Shown: piece by piece, positions 45,411-55,382 of the stretch
How the letters are laid out: every line of letters begins with the position of its first letter
Numbering within the stretch: position 1 is the first letter of the stretch
Source of the DNA: Bacteroidota bacterium
GTDB lineage: Bacteria; Bacteroidota; Bacteroidia; Bacteroidales; P3
Assembly: GCA_023415495.1 (NCBI GenBank)
Contig: JAEZKK010000023.1
Span: forward strand, 145,323-209,322
Direction: 5' to 3'
DNA: 64,000 nt
Notes under the pieces: generated by a model
The model's input: the letters and a program-made list of their open reading frames with translations, nothing else
Told to the model about the DNA's origin: nothing
Databases searched by the model: none
Position numbers and translations under genes: made by a program

Positions 45411-47330
45411 TTCTATTGATAACTCTTCCCATTTTTCTAATGCTTTTTGAAGATTATCTTTAAGGGATTGGTAGTTGTCGAAGAAAGTTTTATCGTTTAA
45501 TAGCTCTAAAGATGTTTTAAAATCAGAAAGTTTTTGATCAATAATCTCTATCTCTTTTTCTAAGCTCTCAATTTCTGATTCTGTCTTTTGAATTTGATTC
45601 TTTATTTTACGAATTTCTCTTTCAAATTCCTTATTCTTTTCGTAGTTGATTTTGTTTTCTGTAATAATAACTTGCTTATCTTCCTTTCCTTTCTCATCCT
45701 TCTCCAATTCTTTTAAATCCTCCATCTTTCTATGCTCAAGGTATTCAAAGATATCTCCCTTAAACTCAGTTATAGTTCTATTTCTAAACTCATAGAGATT
45801 ATCTGTTAATCCTTGAAGGAAATCTCTATCGTGGGAAACTAAAATCAAAGTCCCGTCGAAATGAATAAGTGCAGTTTTAAGAATATCTTTTGAATCCATA
45901 TCCAAGTGATTGGTAGGCTCATCCAAGACAAGGCAGTTTATAGGAGAAAGAATAAGTTTTGCAAGAGCTAAACGAGATTTCTCCCCACCAGAAAGTACTT
46001 TAACCTTCTTTTCAATATCATCTTCATCAAATAAGAAACTACCTAATATACTCCTAATCTTAGAACGACTATCACCAGTTGCAATATGGTCAATTGTTTC
46101 AAAAACTGTTAATTCTCCATCTAATAATGCAGCCTGATTTTGTGCGAAATAACCTATCTTAAGCTGATGACCTAATTTACATTCTCCTCTAAAATCATCT
46201 ATTTGCCCTACAATAATCTTTGCAAGGGTAGATTTTCCTTCCCCATTCTTGCCAACGAAGGCAATCTTCTCCCCTTTTTTAATAATTATATTCACATCAT
46301 TAAGCACATGATTATCCCCATAGCTCTTATAAAGATGATTAATTTCTAAGGATATCTTACCTGAGTGTGGTGAGGGTGGAAATTTAAAATGAATTGAAGA
46401 TGTATCTATCTCATCAACACTTTCCAATTCCATTTTCTCAATCAGTTTAATTCGGGATTGAACTTGCTTTGCCTTTGTTGCTTTATATCGAAATTTCTCA
46501 ATAAACTTCTCTATTTCTGCAATTTGTTTTTGTTGATTATTTAAGATAGATGCTTGAGTTTCTCTCCTTTCTTGAAGTTGTATTACATACTGAGAATAAG
46601 GACATTTATAGTCATAAATCTTTCCTGAAGTAATTTCAATTGTACGCTTGGTAATATTATCCAAAAAAGTCCTATCGTGAGAGACTAATACTACAGCTCC
46701 AAAATAGTTTACAAGGAAATTCTCCAACCATTCTATTGACTCTATATCCAAGTGGTTTGTAGGTTCATCTAATAGTATGAAATTCGGTTTTTGGAGCAAT
46801 ATCTTCGCAAGCTCAACCCTCATTTGCCAACCAGAGCTAAACTCGTCTAATTTCCTTTCAAAATCACTTCTTTCAAAACCAAGCCCAAGCAAAACCTTTT
46901 CTGCCTCCCCTTCTGCATTATTCGCTCCAATAAGGTTTAGATACTCACTTGTTTCGAAATGTTTATTTAATAATTTCTCATAATCCGAAGATTCATAATC
47001 AGTTCTTCGCTCAATCTCAGAAGTAATTTTCTTAAGATTATCTTCTAATTGTCTAACCCTTACAAAAGCCGTCATTGTCTCTTCAAAAACACTTACCTTA
47101 GAGCTTGGAATCATTTCCTGAGGTAGATATCCTACACTCTGGTCATCAGGAATAATTATTGTCCCAGTTTCTCGCTCTTGAAGATTTGCAAGTATCTTAA
47201 GTAAGGTAGACTTACCTGCACCATTTTTCCCAACAAGACCAATCCTATCTCTATCACCTACAACAAAACTGACATTATCAAATAGATTAACTCCAGTAAA
47301 TTGAACAGAAAGATTATTAACAGTTATCAT
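45387..47330 (-). CDS. ABC-F family ATPase with C-terminal coiled coil
   Basis: 647 aa. Two ABC cassettes (GKNGAGKST; GKNGEGKST; FSGGWQMR, LSGGEKSR) and a Lys/Glu-rich coiled-coil tail. Its 3' end overlaps the convergent gene by 24 nt. Confidence 0.85.
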   Translation of the reverse strand: MITVNNLSVQFTGVNLFDNVSFVVGDRDRIGLVGKNGAGKSTLLKILANLQERETGTIIIPDDQSVGYLPQEMIPSSKVSVFEETMTAFVRVRQLEDNLKKITSEIERRTDYESSDYEKLLNKHFETSEYLNLIGANNAEGEAEKVLLGLGFERSDFERKLDEFSSGWQMRVELAKILLQKPNFILLDEPTNHLDIESIEWLENFLVNYFGAVVLVSHDRTFLDNITKRTIEITSGKIYDYKCPYSQYVIQLQERRETQASILNNQQKQIAEIEKFIEKFRYKATKAKQVQSRIKLIEKMELESVDEIDTSSIHFKFPPSPHSGKISLEINHLYKSYGDNHVLNDVNIIIKKGEKIAFVGKNGEGKSTLAKIIVGQIDDFRGECKLGHQLKIGYFAQNQAALLDGELTVFETIDHIATGDSRSKIRSILGSFLFDEDDIEKKVKVLSGGEKSRLALAKLILSPINCLVLDEPTNHLDMDSKDILKTALIHFDGTLILVSHDRDFLQGLTDNLYEFRNRTITEFKGDIFEYLEHRKMEDLKELEKDEKGKEDKQVIITENKINYEKNKEFEREIRKIKNQIQKTESEIESLEKEIEIIDQKLSDFKTSLELLNDKTFFDNYQSLKDNLQKALEKWEELSIELETKDKV

Positions 47331-47334
47331 ATGT

Positions 47335-47376
47335 ATAAAAAATTAGAGACGGATAAAAAACATTTAACCCGTCTCT
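47335..47376 (-). terminator. rho-independent terminator after the tonB-family gene
   Basis: On the minus strand, AGAGACGG-16 nt-CCGTCTCT is followed by AATTTTTTATA. Confidence 0.65.
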
Positions 47377-47402
47377 ATTATTAAAGAATTAAAATCAAAT
47401 TA

Positions 47403-48098
47403 TTAATTTCCTTTTAAAGTGAAATTAACTGGAAGATTAAAGTATTGTCTTACAGCTTTCCCTCTTTGTTGTGCTGGTTTCCATTTTGGCATCTTGGATA
47501 CAACTCTCATTGCTTCCTCTCCACAACCAGAACCAATATCGCGAAGAATCTTAATGTCTGTAATTCTACCATCAACCTCAACAACAAACTCTAAATAAAC
47601 CCTTCCTTGCGTTCCTGTTTCTTTTGCTTGTTGAGGATACTTAATATTATCAGCTAAATACTGATACATTTCTTTTGGACCTCCAGGGAATGAAGCGTCT
47701 TGCTCTACAACTCTAAAAATAGGTTGTTCTGGAGCAACTTCTTCTTCTTCCTCAATAACAATGGTTTTAGCAGTAACAACAACGTTTGATTTGTTTTCAA
47801 AACTTGTTACCTTAAACTCATTTTCCAATTTAACATCATCCTCTACGATGTCAAATTCGGTAGTTTCTGGTGGTGGTACATCCTCAGGTGGTGGTGGTGG
47901 TTCATCTCTCTGAGTTTGAATTACAGTTTCTTCAACCTCTTGAATAGCTTCACGAACAATAAGATTAGACTCCTTTGTGTCGTAAGTTTTATATTCGAAG
48001 GCGAAGATAACTATACTCAATGCAACCACTAATCCTATTTGAACAAAAAGTGCCTTTTTGTTCTCAAGATTGGCTTTTTCTGATTTCTTTACTTCCAT
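47403..48098 (-). CDS. TonB family energy transducer
   Basis: 231 aa. N-terminal transmembrane anchor, a Pro-rich spacer (EPPPPPEDVPPPE) and a TonB C-terminal domain (A.FPGG......Y....YP..A...G..G.V...F.V...G.). Confidence 0.8.
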   Translation of the reverse strand: MEVKKSEKANLENKKALFVQIGLVVALSIVIFAFEYKTYDTKESNLIVREAIQEVEETVIQTQRDEPPPPPEDVPPPETTEFDIVEDDVKLENEFKVTSFENKSNVVVTAKTIVIEEEEEVAPEQPIFRVVEQDASFPGGPKEMYQYLADNIKYPQQAKETGTQGRVYLEFVVEVDGRITDIKILRDIGSGCGEEAMRVVSKMPKWKPAQQRGKAVRQYFNLPVNFTLKGN

Positions 48099-48280
48099 AG
48101 CATTGAAGTTTTATTGTTAAAAACCTATTTTATTTACTTTACGTTTCAGGTTGCTAAATTACTTCATTTTTGATTACAAGGCAAGTTTTTTTGTTTTTTT
48201 ATAATATTGAAACAATCTAAACACCTATAAACGCTTTAAAACTTAACGCAGTAAGTTTAATATTATTGTATACATTATTA

Positions 48281-49969
48281 TTAATAATCGAAACTTGAAC
48301 CCCCTAAAAACTCCCTCATAATTGAAGTTGGAGGTATAAATTCATGACCTATTGTCTTGAAATTTGATAAAAAACTCAATAATCTCTTTGCCTCAGCATA
48401 CTCAACTCTGTTTTGAGGCACTGCATTTAAAAGTGTTTCAGCAAAAGGTTTTAATACTCCTATCTCATATAATAATGAAGAATTAAATATCTCATCTGCG
48501 TTCTCTTGATAAGGGAATATATGCTTCTCTTCTCCATTTCTAACACTTTGCCAACGTGAAAGAGTATCTAAAGCACTATAACCTCTGTAATTATTATCCC
48601 TAACTATTCTTCTTATCAACCTATTATCACTACTACTTATTAAGTTATGTCTATCCAATGATACCTGTGTAAGAGCTGAAACGAAGATATTAAACTTATT
48701 CTTTTTATCTATCTTCTCCGTTAACCTTGGATTGAGTGCATGTATTCCTTCTATAATTAATATAGAATTTCCCTCCATCTTTAATATATGTCCATTATAT
48801 TCTTTCTTACCTGTAATAAAATTAAATTTTGGAATACTTACCTCTTCTGAATTCATAAGCATATTCATTTGGGTATTGAAAAGATCAATATCTAATGCCT
48901 CTAATGCTTCAAAATCATAATTCCCATCTTTATCTCTTGGTGTAAACTCTCTGTCAAGGAAATAATCATCTAAAGATATTTGAACAGGTTTATAACCTAA
49001 GACTGCCAATTGAGTAGATAATCTCCTGCAACTTGTAGTCTTTCCTGATGATGAAGGACCTGCTAATAAAACCATTTTCACATCTTCTCCCCTTTTATGA
49101 ATTGAGTCAGCAATATTGGAGTATTTCTTTTCATGCAAAGCTTCAGAAATTTGAATAAGTTTTATCTCATTTTTTTTCTCAACAACCTTGTTTAATTCAG
49201 AAACATAAGGAGTCCCCAATATATGCACCCACTGCTCATATTCTTGAAATACAGAAAACATTTTCCTTTGCTTACTCCTGCCATTTGATAATTCCTTAGG
49301 GTTTTTATTATTTGGCATTATCAACATCATGCCTTTATCGAAACTAACTAAATCAAAGACTTCCAGATAGGATGTAGAAGGAACAAGCTCATAATAAAAA
49401 TGATTAACTGTATTTCCTAAATAGTCCACATTTGCATATAATCTATTGAGTGTTTTAATTAGTTCTGACTTTTCTCTCATCCCCTTTTCCTCATATAATC
49501 CTATAGCATTTTCAGCTGGAATTATTTCTTTAGTGAATGGAATATTTTCTATCACTAATTCCCTCATTCTATTCTTAATCCTTTCTATCAATTCAATATC
49601 TAAATCCTTATCTATCTTCTCTATCTCTGCATAGAAACCATTTGACATAGAATGACGAATAATTAATTCTGATTTAGGAAGGATTTCTTTAGTTGCTTTA
49701 TACAATAAGAACATAAGACTCATTGCATACATCCTTCTTCCATTTACATTATTAATATCAATAAACTCTATTGTTTTTGGAATAAAGATTTTATAGTTAA
49801 GGTTCTGAACCTTATTATTAATATAGGCACCAAGTATTGGAAACTCGTTTTTTAAATTAGCAATATCAATTATCTGACCTATTGTTATCCCTGCCTTAAC
49901 TCTAAGAGTAGTATTTGTATTTTTACAAATTACTTCTATTTCATTCACTTCTTTCTTTTCTTCATTCAT
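48281..49969 (-). CDS. uridine-kinase-like nucleoside kinase with N-terminal TGS-like extension
   Basis: 562 aa. A P-loop (LAGPSSSGKTT) lies in the C-terminal half with PRK/uridine-kinase-like spacing. The start is only 12 nt downstream of tcdA. Confidence 0.6.
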   Translation of the reverse strand: MNEEKKEVNEIEVICKNTNTTLRVKAGITIGQIIDIANLKNEFPILGAYINNKVQNLNYKIFIPKTIEFIDINNVNGRRMYAMSLMFLLYKATKEILPKSELIIRHSMSNGFYAEIEKIDKDLDIELIERIKNRMRELVIENIPFTKEIIPAENAIGLYEEKGMREKSELIKTLNRLYANVDYLGNTVNHFYYELVPSTSYLEVFDLVSFDKGMMLIMPNNKNPKELSNGRSKQRKMFSVFQEYEQWVHILGTPYVSELNKVVEKKNEIKLIQISEALHEKKYSNIADSIHKRGEDVKMVLLAGPSSSGKTTSCRRLSTQLAVLGYKPVQISLDDYFLDREFTPRDKDGNYDFEALEALDIDLFNTQMNMLMNSEEVSIPKFNFITGKKEYNGHILKMEGNSILIIEGIHALNPRLTEKIDKKNKFNIFVSALTQVSLDRHNLISSSDNRLIRRIVRDNNYRGYSALDTLSRWQSVRNGEEKHIFPYQENADEIFNSSLLYEIGVLKPFAETLLNAVPQNRVEYAEAKRLLSFLSNFKTIGHEFIPPTSIMREFLGGSSFDY

Positions 49970-49981
49970 AATCCCAATTAT

Positions 49982-50773
49982 TTATTCGTTTTTATTATCA
50001 TATAATATTAATGGCTTTTCTTTTTTATTCGCATAAAACCTATTATCATTTGACTTTGGATATGACTCCATGCCAATCAGTTCTCTAATTACTACCGATG
50101 CACACATACATCCAAATATTGGTGGCATATATGAAATTGTACCTACTGTACTTCTCTTGTTTTGCCCCTTATCTTCAACAACAACATGCTCAGAAACTTT
50201 CTCAGAAGAATAGACAACCGAAAAACCTGAGTAAACTCCCATCTTATGTAATTTCTTTCTAAGTGCTGAGGCAAGGCTACAATTATAAGATTTTGATATA
50301 TCCGATACCTTTACTTGGGTTGGATCAAATTTGCCTCCCGAACCCATAGAACTTACAATAGGAATATTTAATGTAAGAGAATGAATAATTAGATAAAGCT
50401 TAGGAGAAAGAGTATCTATTGCATCTACAATAAAATCATATTTATCTCTTTTCAATAGCTCAATCATAAACTCATCCCTAATAAACTGATTAACCTCAAT
50501 TATCTCTAAATCCTTGTTTATATCTTTTAAACGCTTTGCCAATACCTCTGTTTTTTCCTTTCCTTGGGTTGAATCCAAAGCAATTAACTGTCTATTCTTA
50601 TTAGACTGGTTTACTATATCTCCATCCACAATAGTTATTTTCCCTATTCCTGCCCTAACCAACATCTCAGCCGAATAAGCTCCAACTCCACCTAACCCAA
50701 CAACCATTACGTGAGATTTTTTAAGTTTTTCTAATGATTCTTTTCCGATTAATAGTTCTGTTCTTGTGTGCAT
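49982..50773 (-). CDS. tcdA: tRNA threonylcarbamoyladenosine dehydratase (ThiF/E1-like)
   Basis: 263 aa. Motifs VVGLGGVG and D.D.V..SN.NRQ. The size and lack of a Cys-rich C-terminus fit TcdA/CsdL. Confidence 0.75.
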   Translation of the reverse strand: MHTRTELLIGKESLEKLKKSHVMVVGLGGVGAYSAEMLVRAGIGKITIVDGDIVNQSNKNRQLIALDSTQGKEKTEVLAKRLKDINKDLEIIEVNQFIRDEFMIELLKRDKYDFIVDAIDTLSPKLYLIIHSLTLNIPIVSSMGSGGKFDPTQVKVSDISKSYNCSLASALRKKLHKMGVYSGFSVVYSSEKVSEHVVVEDKGQNKRSTVGTISYMPPIFGCMCASVVIRELIGMESYPKSNDNRFYANKKEKPLILYDNKNE

Positions 50774-50793
50774 CTAAATAATAAATTATACTG

Positions 50794-50801
50794 CAAAGAT
50801 A
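50794..50801 (-). promoter_or_regulatory. -7 box for tcdA and the kinase gene
   Basis: CAAAGATA equals TATCTTTG on the minus strand. Confidence 0.5.
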
Positions 50802-50864
50802 GTAAAGATAAGGGAAAAGAGTGCACTCAAAAGTTCTTAATTTGCTAAAAACAATAATTTTTAG

Positions 50865-50872
50865 TAACTTCG
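50865..50872 (+). promoter_or_regulatory. variant -7 box (TAACTTCG) for the 50907 membrane-protein gene
   Basis: One mismatch to TAnnTTTG; the position is appropriate. Confidence 0.35.
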
Positions 50873-50906
50873 CAGTCTAAAACTACAATAGATTAATTAG
50901 AGAAAA

Positions 50907-51902
50907 ATGTTTGTAAAAACTTTTAAGAAAAACTATCATCTTCAACTATTACTACTAATAATAGTTCCTTTACTTTTATGGATACCTATTTTTACAAATC
51001 CTCCAAAGATGATTTCAAGCGATTTCGATATGCCTATATATCAAACAATCTATAATCTCCTTTCGCTTTATCCTCTTCTTAGCTCAATTATTGCATTCTT
51101 TTTAATTTATTTACAGGCAATATTACTCAATTCTATTTTCTCTTATAATCAATTATCAAGCAAGACTTCTTTTTTCCCTGCTTTTATTTACTTACTTATA
51201 TTAAGCAGTGATAAGAACATTATGACGCTTAATCCAATTATAATATCAAACACCTTTGTAATAATTGCATTATACTTTATATTTAAAAGCTATGATAAAC
51301 GAGATGGAGCTGATGAAATCTTTAATTCTGCTCTTTTAATCTCTCTATCTTCACTTACTTATTCTCCATCAATTTTCTTTATACTTTGGATATGGTTAAG
51401 TTTTATAGCTTATAAAAACTATAAATGGAGATTATGGATAATAAGTTTGCTTGGATTAATCACTCCTTATATTTTACTTGGAGCTTATTATTTTATAATA
51501 GATAAACTTGAGATAAAAACAAATCACTTTCTAACAACACTACAATCAATCCCTGACTTGTATTTCAGCCTACCCCCTATGCAGATAATATTTTACATTG
51601 GAATAGGATTATTTACTATAATATCTCTTTCTTCTTTATTAATGTATAGGAATGATAGTAATATTAGCTTTAGAAAGAAAACATCAGTTATTGTTTTATT
51701 CTTTTTTATATCTCTTTTCCCTTGCTTCTATTTTATTCAGTATAGAGAATTAATAATTATTGCCGCACCAGCCATGGCATATTTATTCTCATACTACTTG
51801 TTTCAAAAAAGAAAACTAATCTATTCTAATATTATCCTTAGCATTCTAATTATATTGGTATTAGCTAAGTTCATTCTTTCGTTCGATATAAGTTTTTTAT
51901 AG
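50907..51902 (+). CDS. hypothetical polytopic membrane protein
   Basis: 331 aa with about 9 hydrophobic helices. No family recognised. Confidence 0.5.
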   Translation: MFVKTFKKNYHLQLLLLIIVPLLLWIPIFTNPPKMISSDFDMPIYQTIYNLLSLYPLLSSIIAFFLIYLQAILLNSIFSYNQLSSKTSFFPAFIYLLILSSDKNIMTLNPIIISNTFVIIALYFIFKSYDKRDGADEIFNSALLISLSSLTYSPSIFFILWIWLSFIAYKNYKWRLWIISLLGLITPYILLGAYYFIIDKLEIKTNHFLTTLQSIPDLYFSLPPMQIIFYIGIGLFTIISLSSLLMYRNDSNISFRKKTSVIVLFFFISLFPCFYFIQYRELIIIAAPAMAYLFSYYLFQKRKLIYSNIILSILIILVLAKFILSFDISFL

Positions 51903-51930
51903 TTATACAAGGTTTTAGAGAGAATTTTCT

Positions 51931-51938
51931 TAACTTTG
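51931..51938 (+). promoter_or_regulatory. -7 box for purQ
   Basis: TAACTTTG, 25 nt before the ATG at 51963. Confidence 0.5.
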
Positions 51939-51962
51939 CAATCAAATATAAAACAAGAAATA

Positions 51963-52652
51963 ATGAAATTTGGTGTAGTTATCTTTCCTGGGTCTAATTG
52001 CGACCACGACATGATTTACTTATTACAAGACCTTTTAAAGCAAGAAGTTGTTGAACTTTGGCATAAAGAAAACGATTTGAAAGGCTGTGATTTTATTGTT
52101 TTACCTGGTGGGTTCTCTTATGGAGACTATCTTCGCTCAGGAGCAATTGCAAGGTTCTCTCCTATTATGGATTCAGTAATCTCCTTTGCGAATAAGGGAG
52201 GTTATGTATTAGGAGTATGCAACGGTTTCCAAATACTTACCGAATCTCATCTCTTAGACGGAGCTCTAAGACATAATAATAGTCAGAAATTCATCTGTCA
52301 AAATCAATTCATAACCCCTCAAACCAATAATACAATCTTCACAAAGGATTCTACTATTGGCAAGGCATATAATATTCCTATTGCTCACGGAGAAGGTAAT
52401 TTCTATGCAGATGCAGACACAATAAAACGCCTTAACGATAACGACCAAATCCTTTTCCGTTATTGCGATAAAAAAGGTAATATTACTCTGGAGTCAAATC
52501 CTAATGGAGCCATTGAAAACATTGCTGGTATCACCAATAAGACAAGAAATGTTTTCGGAATGATGCCTCACCCAGAAAGAGCTGCTGACAAAGAGCTTGG
52601 AAATACTGACGGTTTATTATTCTTCGAAAGCATATTAAAGAATATAAAATAA
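51963..52652 (+). CDS. purQ: phosphoribosylformylglycinamidine synthase, glutaminase subunit
   Basis: Starts MKFGVVIFPGSNCD. Motifs PGGFSYGD, GVCNGFQ and MPHPER. The track's TTG start at 51936 lies inside the -7 box, so the ATG at 51963 is used. Confidence 0.9.
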   Translation: MKFGVVIFPGSNCDHDMIYLLQDLLKQEVVELWHKENDLKGCDFIVLPGGFSYGDYLRSGAIARFSPIMDSVISFANKGGYVLGVCNGFQILTESHLLDGALRHNNSQKFICQNQFITPQTNNTIFTKDSTIGKAYNIPIAHGEGNFYADADTIKRLNDNDQILFRYCDKKGNITLESNPNGAIENIAGITNKTRNVFGMMPHPERAADKELGNTDGLLFFESILKNIK

Positions 52653-52713
52653 TATATTATTAGCATAACAAAGGGTGGGTTAATTGACCTTCCCTTTATT
52701 TTTTTATACAAAT

Positions 52714-53316
52714 ATGTTATTACCATATTACCAATCCCAGGATATATTAGAGTGTGGCTGCGACGAAGCTGGGAGAGGATGCCTTGCTGGTCCTGTTGTT
52801 GCTGCCGCAGTAATTCTTCCAAATGGATTTAAGAGCGAAACACTTAACGACTCCAAACAATTATCCGAGAAAAAGCGTCTAACCTTAAGAAAAGAAATCC
52901 AAGAAAATGCTCTTGCTTATTCAGTATGCTTTATAACAAATGAAGAGATAGATAAGATAAATATACTAAATGCATCCTTTAAAGCAATGAGCGTGGCTGT
53001 AAAGCAATTAAATATTCGCCCAGAATTATTATTAATAGACGGCAACCGTTTCCGCACCGATTTAAAAATCCCATATAATTGCATAATCAAAGGAGATGCC
53101 AAATACCAATCAATAGCCGCAGCGTCAATCCTTGCCAAAACTTACAGAGATGAGTATATGGAAACCTTAGCCAAAGACTACCCAGAATACAACTGGCAAA
53201 AGAACAAAGGCTATCCAACAAAAGCCCATAGAGAAGCCATTAAACAATTCGGCATCACCCCTCATCACCGCCTTACTTTTAACCTATTTGGAGAATTATC
53301 TTTATTTGAGGAATAA
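52714..53316 (+). CDS. rnhB: ribonuclease HII
   Basis: Motifs [21 protein letters not shown] and ASI.AK. ATG at 52714 is used instead of the TTG at 52684. Confidence 0.9.
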   Translation: MLLPYYQSQDILECGCDEAGRGCLAGPVVAAAVILPNGFKSETLNDSKQLSEKKRLTLRKEIQENALAYSVCFITNEEIDKINILNASFKAMSVAVKQLNIRPELLLIDGNRFRTDLKIPYNCIIKGDAKYQSIAAASILAKTYRDEYMETLAKDYPEYNWQKNKGYPTKAHREAIKQFGITPHHRLTFNLFGELSLFEE

Positions 53317-53325
53317 ATTAATAGA

Positions 53326-54456
53326 CTAATAGGTCAATTGTAGCCACCTCATTAAGAATACATCATAAACTGTAAAACTACTTCCCTCTTTGGTGTTTCT
53401 TTCTAAAATCATTTCCTTTTCAACTAATGAATTAACTACTCTCTTTGCACTTGAAGGTGTTCCGAGATTATATTTCTTAAGAAAATCATTAGAATAGATT
53501 TGCTCGATCTCTTCTTCTTTTGCAAGTGCTATTAGAAACTTCCATTGGTTAGGTGTTAGCAAATTACGATATTGGAAAAAGGAAGGTTCTTTTTCTTTAA
53601 TCAAACCAAGAGATTCGAGTTTGATAATCTCCAAATCTATTTTTTTATTTCTATAAACTTTATTACATAAACTTTGAGTATAGAATGTATATCCCTTTGT
53701 CCAATCTAAAATATAATCAATACATTCTTCTGTAATACTTTTATCTCCTTGAGAGAAATGATATTTAATAAACTCCTTGTATTTACTTCTTTCAATTTTT
53801 TCAAGATTTAGAAACTGAGTACTTGAAAAGAAAGGACGTTTTGAACTTAGGAACATCTCTGCTAATATATGTGCTTGAGAACCGCTAAAAATAAAATTAA
53901 TATTCTTAAGTTGTTGGATATATGTTCTTAGGATTGCTTCTATATTTTTCTCTGGATAGTTTACAATTTGTTGGAACTCATCAATTGCTATTATTATCTT
54001 TGTATCTTGGCTATCTAAGAATAGCAATAATTGTTTAAGGGTATATTCTTTGTCATTTTGCGATTGATAATTAAATTCAATTTGCGGAGCTCCACTTATG
54101 CTATCAAAAGTAAAACGAGGACGAAATCCCTTAATAAGAGTTAGGAACTTCTTACCAAAGGAGGTTTTCTCTGGAAACTTCTCTAATATTGCCTCTGCCA
54201 ATAATCTTATAAAGTCTTCAATATTCAATGAAGAATATATATCTACATATATTGTTTCAATATCTTTTTCATTCTTCAAAGAGTCGAAATAATGGAAGAT
54301 TAATCCCGTTTTCCCTAATCTTCTTGGAGAAATAAGGGTAGTATTTACACCATTTAAAGTGTTTTTCTTTAATATTTCATACTCTGACTCTCTATCGCAG
54401 AAATACTCCTTAGAGATATAACCGCTTATCAAAAAAGGACTTAAAGGCTTTTTCAT
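53326..54456 (-). CDS. AAA+ ATPase of the archaeal-ATPase/DUF234 type
   Basis: 376 aa. Motif F.DRE.E...L then a P-loop (SPRRLGKTGL) and Walker B (IIAIDEFQ), with a winged-helix-like C-terminus. Confidence 0.65.
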   Translation of the reverse strand: MKKPLSPFLISGYISKEYFCDRESEYEILKKNTLNGVNTTLISPRRLGKTGLIFHYFDSLKNEKDIETIYVDIYSSLNIEDFIRLLAEAILEKFPEKTSFGKKFLTLIKGFRPRFTFDSISGAPQIEFNYQSQNDKEYTLKQLLLFLDSQDTKIIIAIDEFQQIVNYPEKNIEAILRTYIQQLKNINFIFSGSQAHILAEMFLSSKRPFFSSTQFLNLEKIERSKYKEFIKYHFSQGDKSITEECIDYILDWTKGYTFYTQSLCNKVYRNKKIDLEIIKLESLGLIKEKEPSFFQYRNLLTPNQWKFLIALAKEEEIEQIYSNDFLKKYNLGTPSSAKRVVNSLVEKEMILERNTKEGSSFTVYDVFLMRWLQLTY

Positions 54457-54477
54457 AACAAATTAATTTAATCCCTG

Positions 54478-54485
54478 CAAAGATA
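54478..54485 (-). promoter_or_regulatory. -7 box for the AAA+ ATPase gene
   Basis: CAAAGATA equals TATCTTTG on the minus strand. Confidence 0.5.
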
Positions 54486-54500
54486 TAAATTAATTTTCAA

Positions 54501-54531
54501 TTACGCATAATGCGTAACGCACTTTGCGTAA
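54501..54531. promoter_or_regulatory. two overlapping 17-bp dyads built from TTACGCA/TGCGTAA heptamers, upstream of the AAA+ ATPase promoter
   Basis: TTACGCATAATGCGTAA (perfect palindrome, 54501-54517) overlaps TAACGCACTTTGCGTAA (one mismatch, 54515-54531). They lie 16-46 nt upstream of the -7 box at 54478-54485 as read on the minus strand. Confidence 0.35.
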
Positions 54532-54609
54532 TAAAATAGCTATATTCAGGTATTATTTTCCCACTTAGTTAAAAGAATTATCTTTATTTGTAGATTGAGA
54601 TTAAAAGTA

Positions 54610-54617
54610 TATCTTTG
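54610..54617 (+). promoter_or_regulatory. -7 box for the 54633 secreted-protein gene
   Basis: TATCTTTG. Confidence 0.5.
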
Positions 54618-54632
54618 CAACAAAAATTACTT

Positions 54633-55358
54633 ATGAAGAAGCTTATACTTTTTATATTCTTTTCTATTTCAATAAACAGTCTTTTTTCTCAAACTGAATC
54701 TGAGACAAGATTAAATCAAGATGACCTTTTGACAATAAGTTATTTTGACTCGACTTTTAATGATAAAGTTAATGGAGATACTCTCAGTAATTTTATTAAT
54801 GTGGAATTTATTACTGAAGAAGAGTTTAACAATCATAAGATAACAGAAGAAAACTACTTAGTTCGTGATACTCTTTCTGTTTTTAAAGACAAAGGAGTTA
54901 TTAGTTTAAACTGTAGTAGTACAACAGTAAAATATATTGATATTGATGAAGACGGCGAAAGCTTCAACTATAGTCAGTATGAATATTTTGGTCAAATTCC
55001 TTTTATAAACAAGTATGTTGTATTGGGGTACTTTTATGAATGGTTTAATTGCTTTTTAATAGATAAGGACTCGGGAAAAGAAATAGTATTATATGACATC
55101 CCAATAATCTCTCCAAATAAGAAACATATTATTTCATTATCCTATAATCCATATCTCAATACAACCGATTTTCAATTGTTTTCAATCAAAGGAAATGATA
55201 TTAATCTAATCACAGAATTACATTTTTCAAAATGGAAAACAACTGAAAGAGATAATTTCTTTTGGGGAAAAGATAATTCTTTTTACTTAGAAGTAATTCA
55301 CGCTGAGAATTATGAACAAGATAAAGATATTCACTATATAAAAATATCAATAAAGTAA
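54633..55358 (+). CDS. hypothetical secreted protein
   Basis: Signal peptide (MKKLILFIFFSISINSLFSQ). The ATG at 54633 lies 16 nt after a perfect -7 box. No family recognised. Confidence 0.5.
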   Translation: MKKLILFIFFSISINSLFSQTESETRLNQDDLLTISYFDSTFNDKVNGDTLSNFINVEFITEEEFNNHKITEENYLVRDTLSVFKDKGVISLNCSSTTVKYIDIDEDGESFNYSQYEYFGQIPFINKYVVLGYFYEWFNCFLIDKDSGKEIVLYDIPIISPNKKHIISLSYNPYLNTTDFQLFSIKGNDINLITELHFSKWKTTERDNFFWGKDNSFYLEVIHAENYEQDKDIHYIKISIK

Positions 55359-55382
55359 ATCAATGACTAAAACACTTTGCGT

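Noticed and set aside
54591-54606. TAGATTGAGATTAAAA resembles the array-proximal flank of elements C (TAGATTGAGG) and D (TTGAGATTGAAA); considered as a solo relic of an element terminus.
   Set aside because: The match is only 9-12 nt in very AT-rich DNA, with no adjacent dyad units, so it is within chance expectation.
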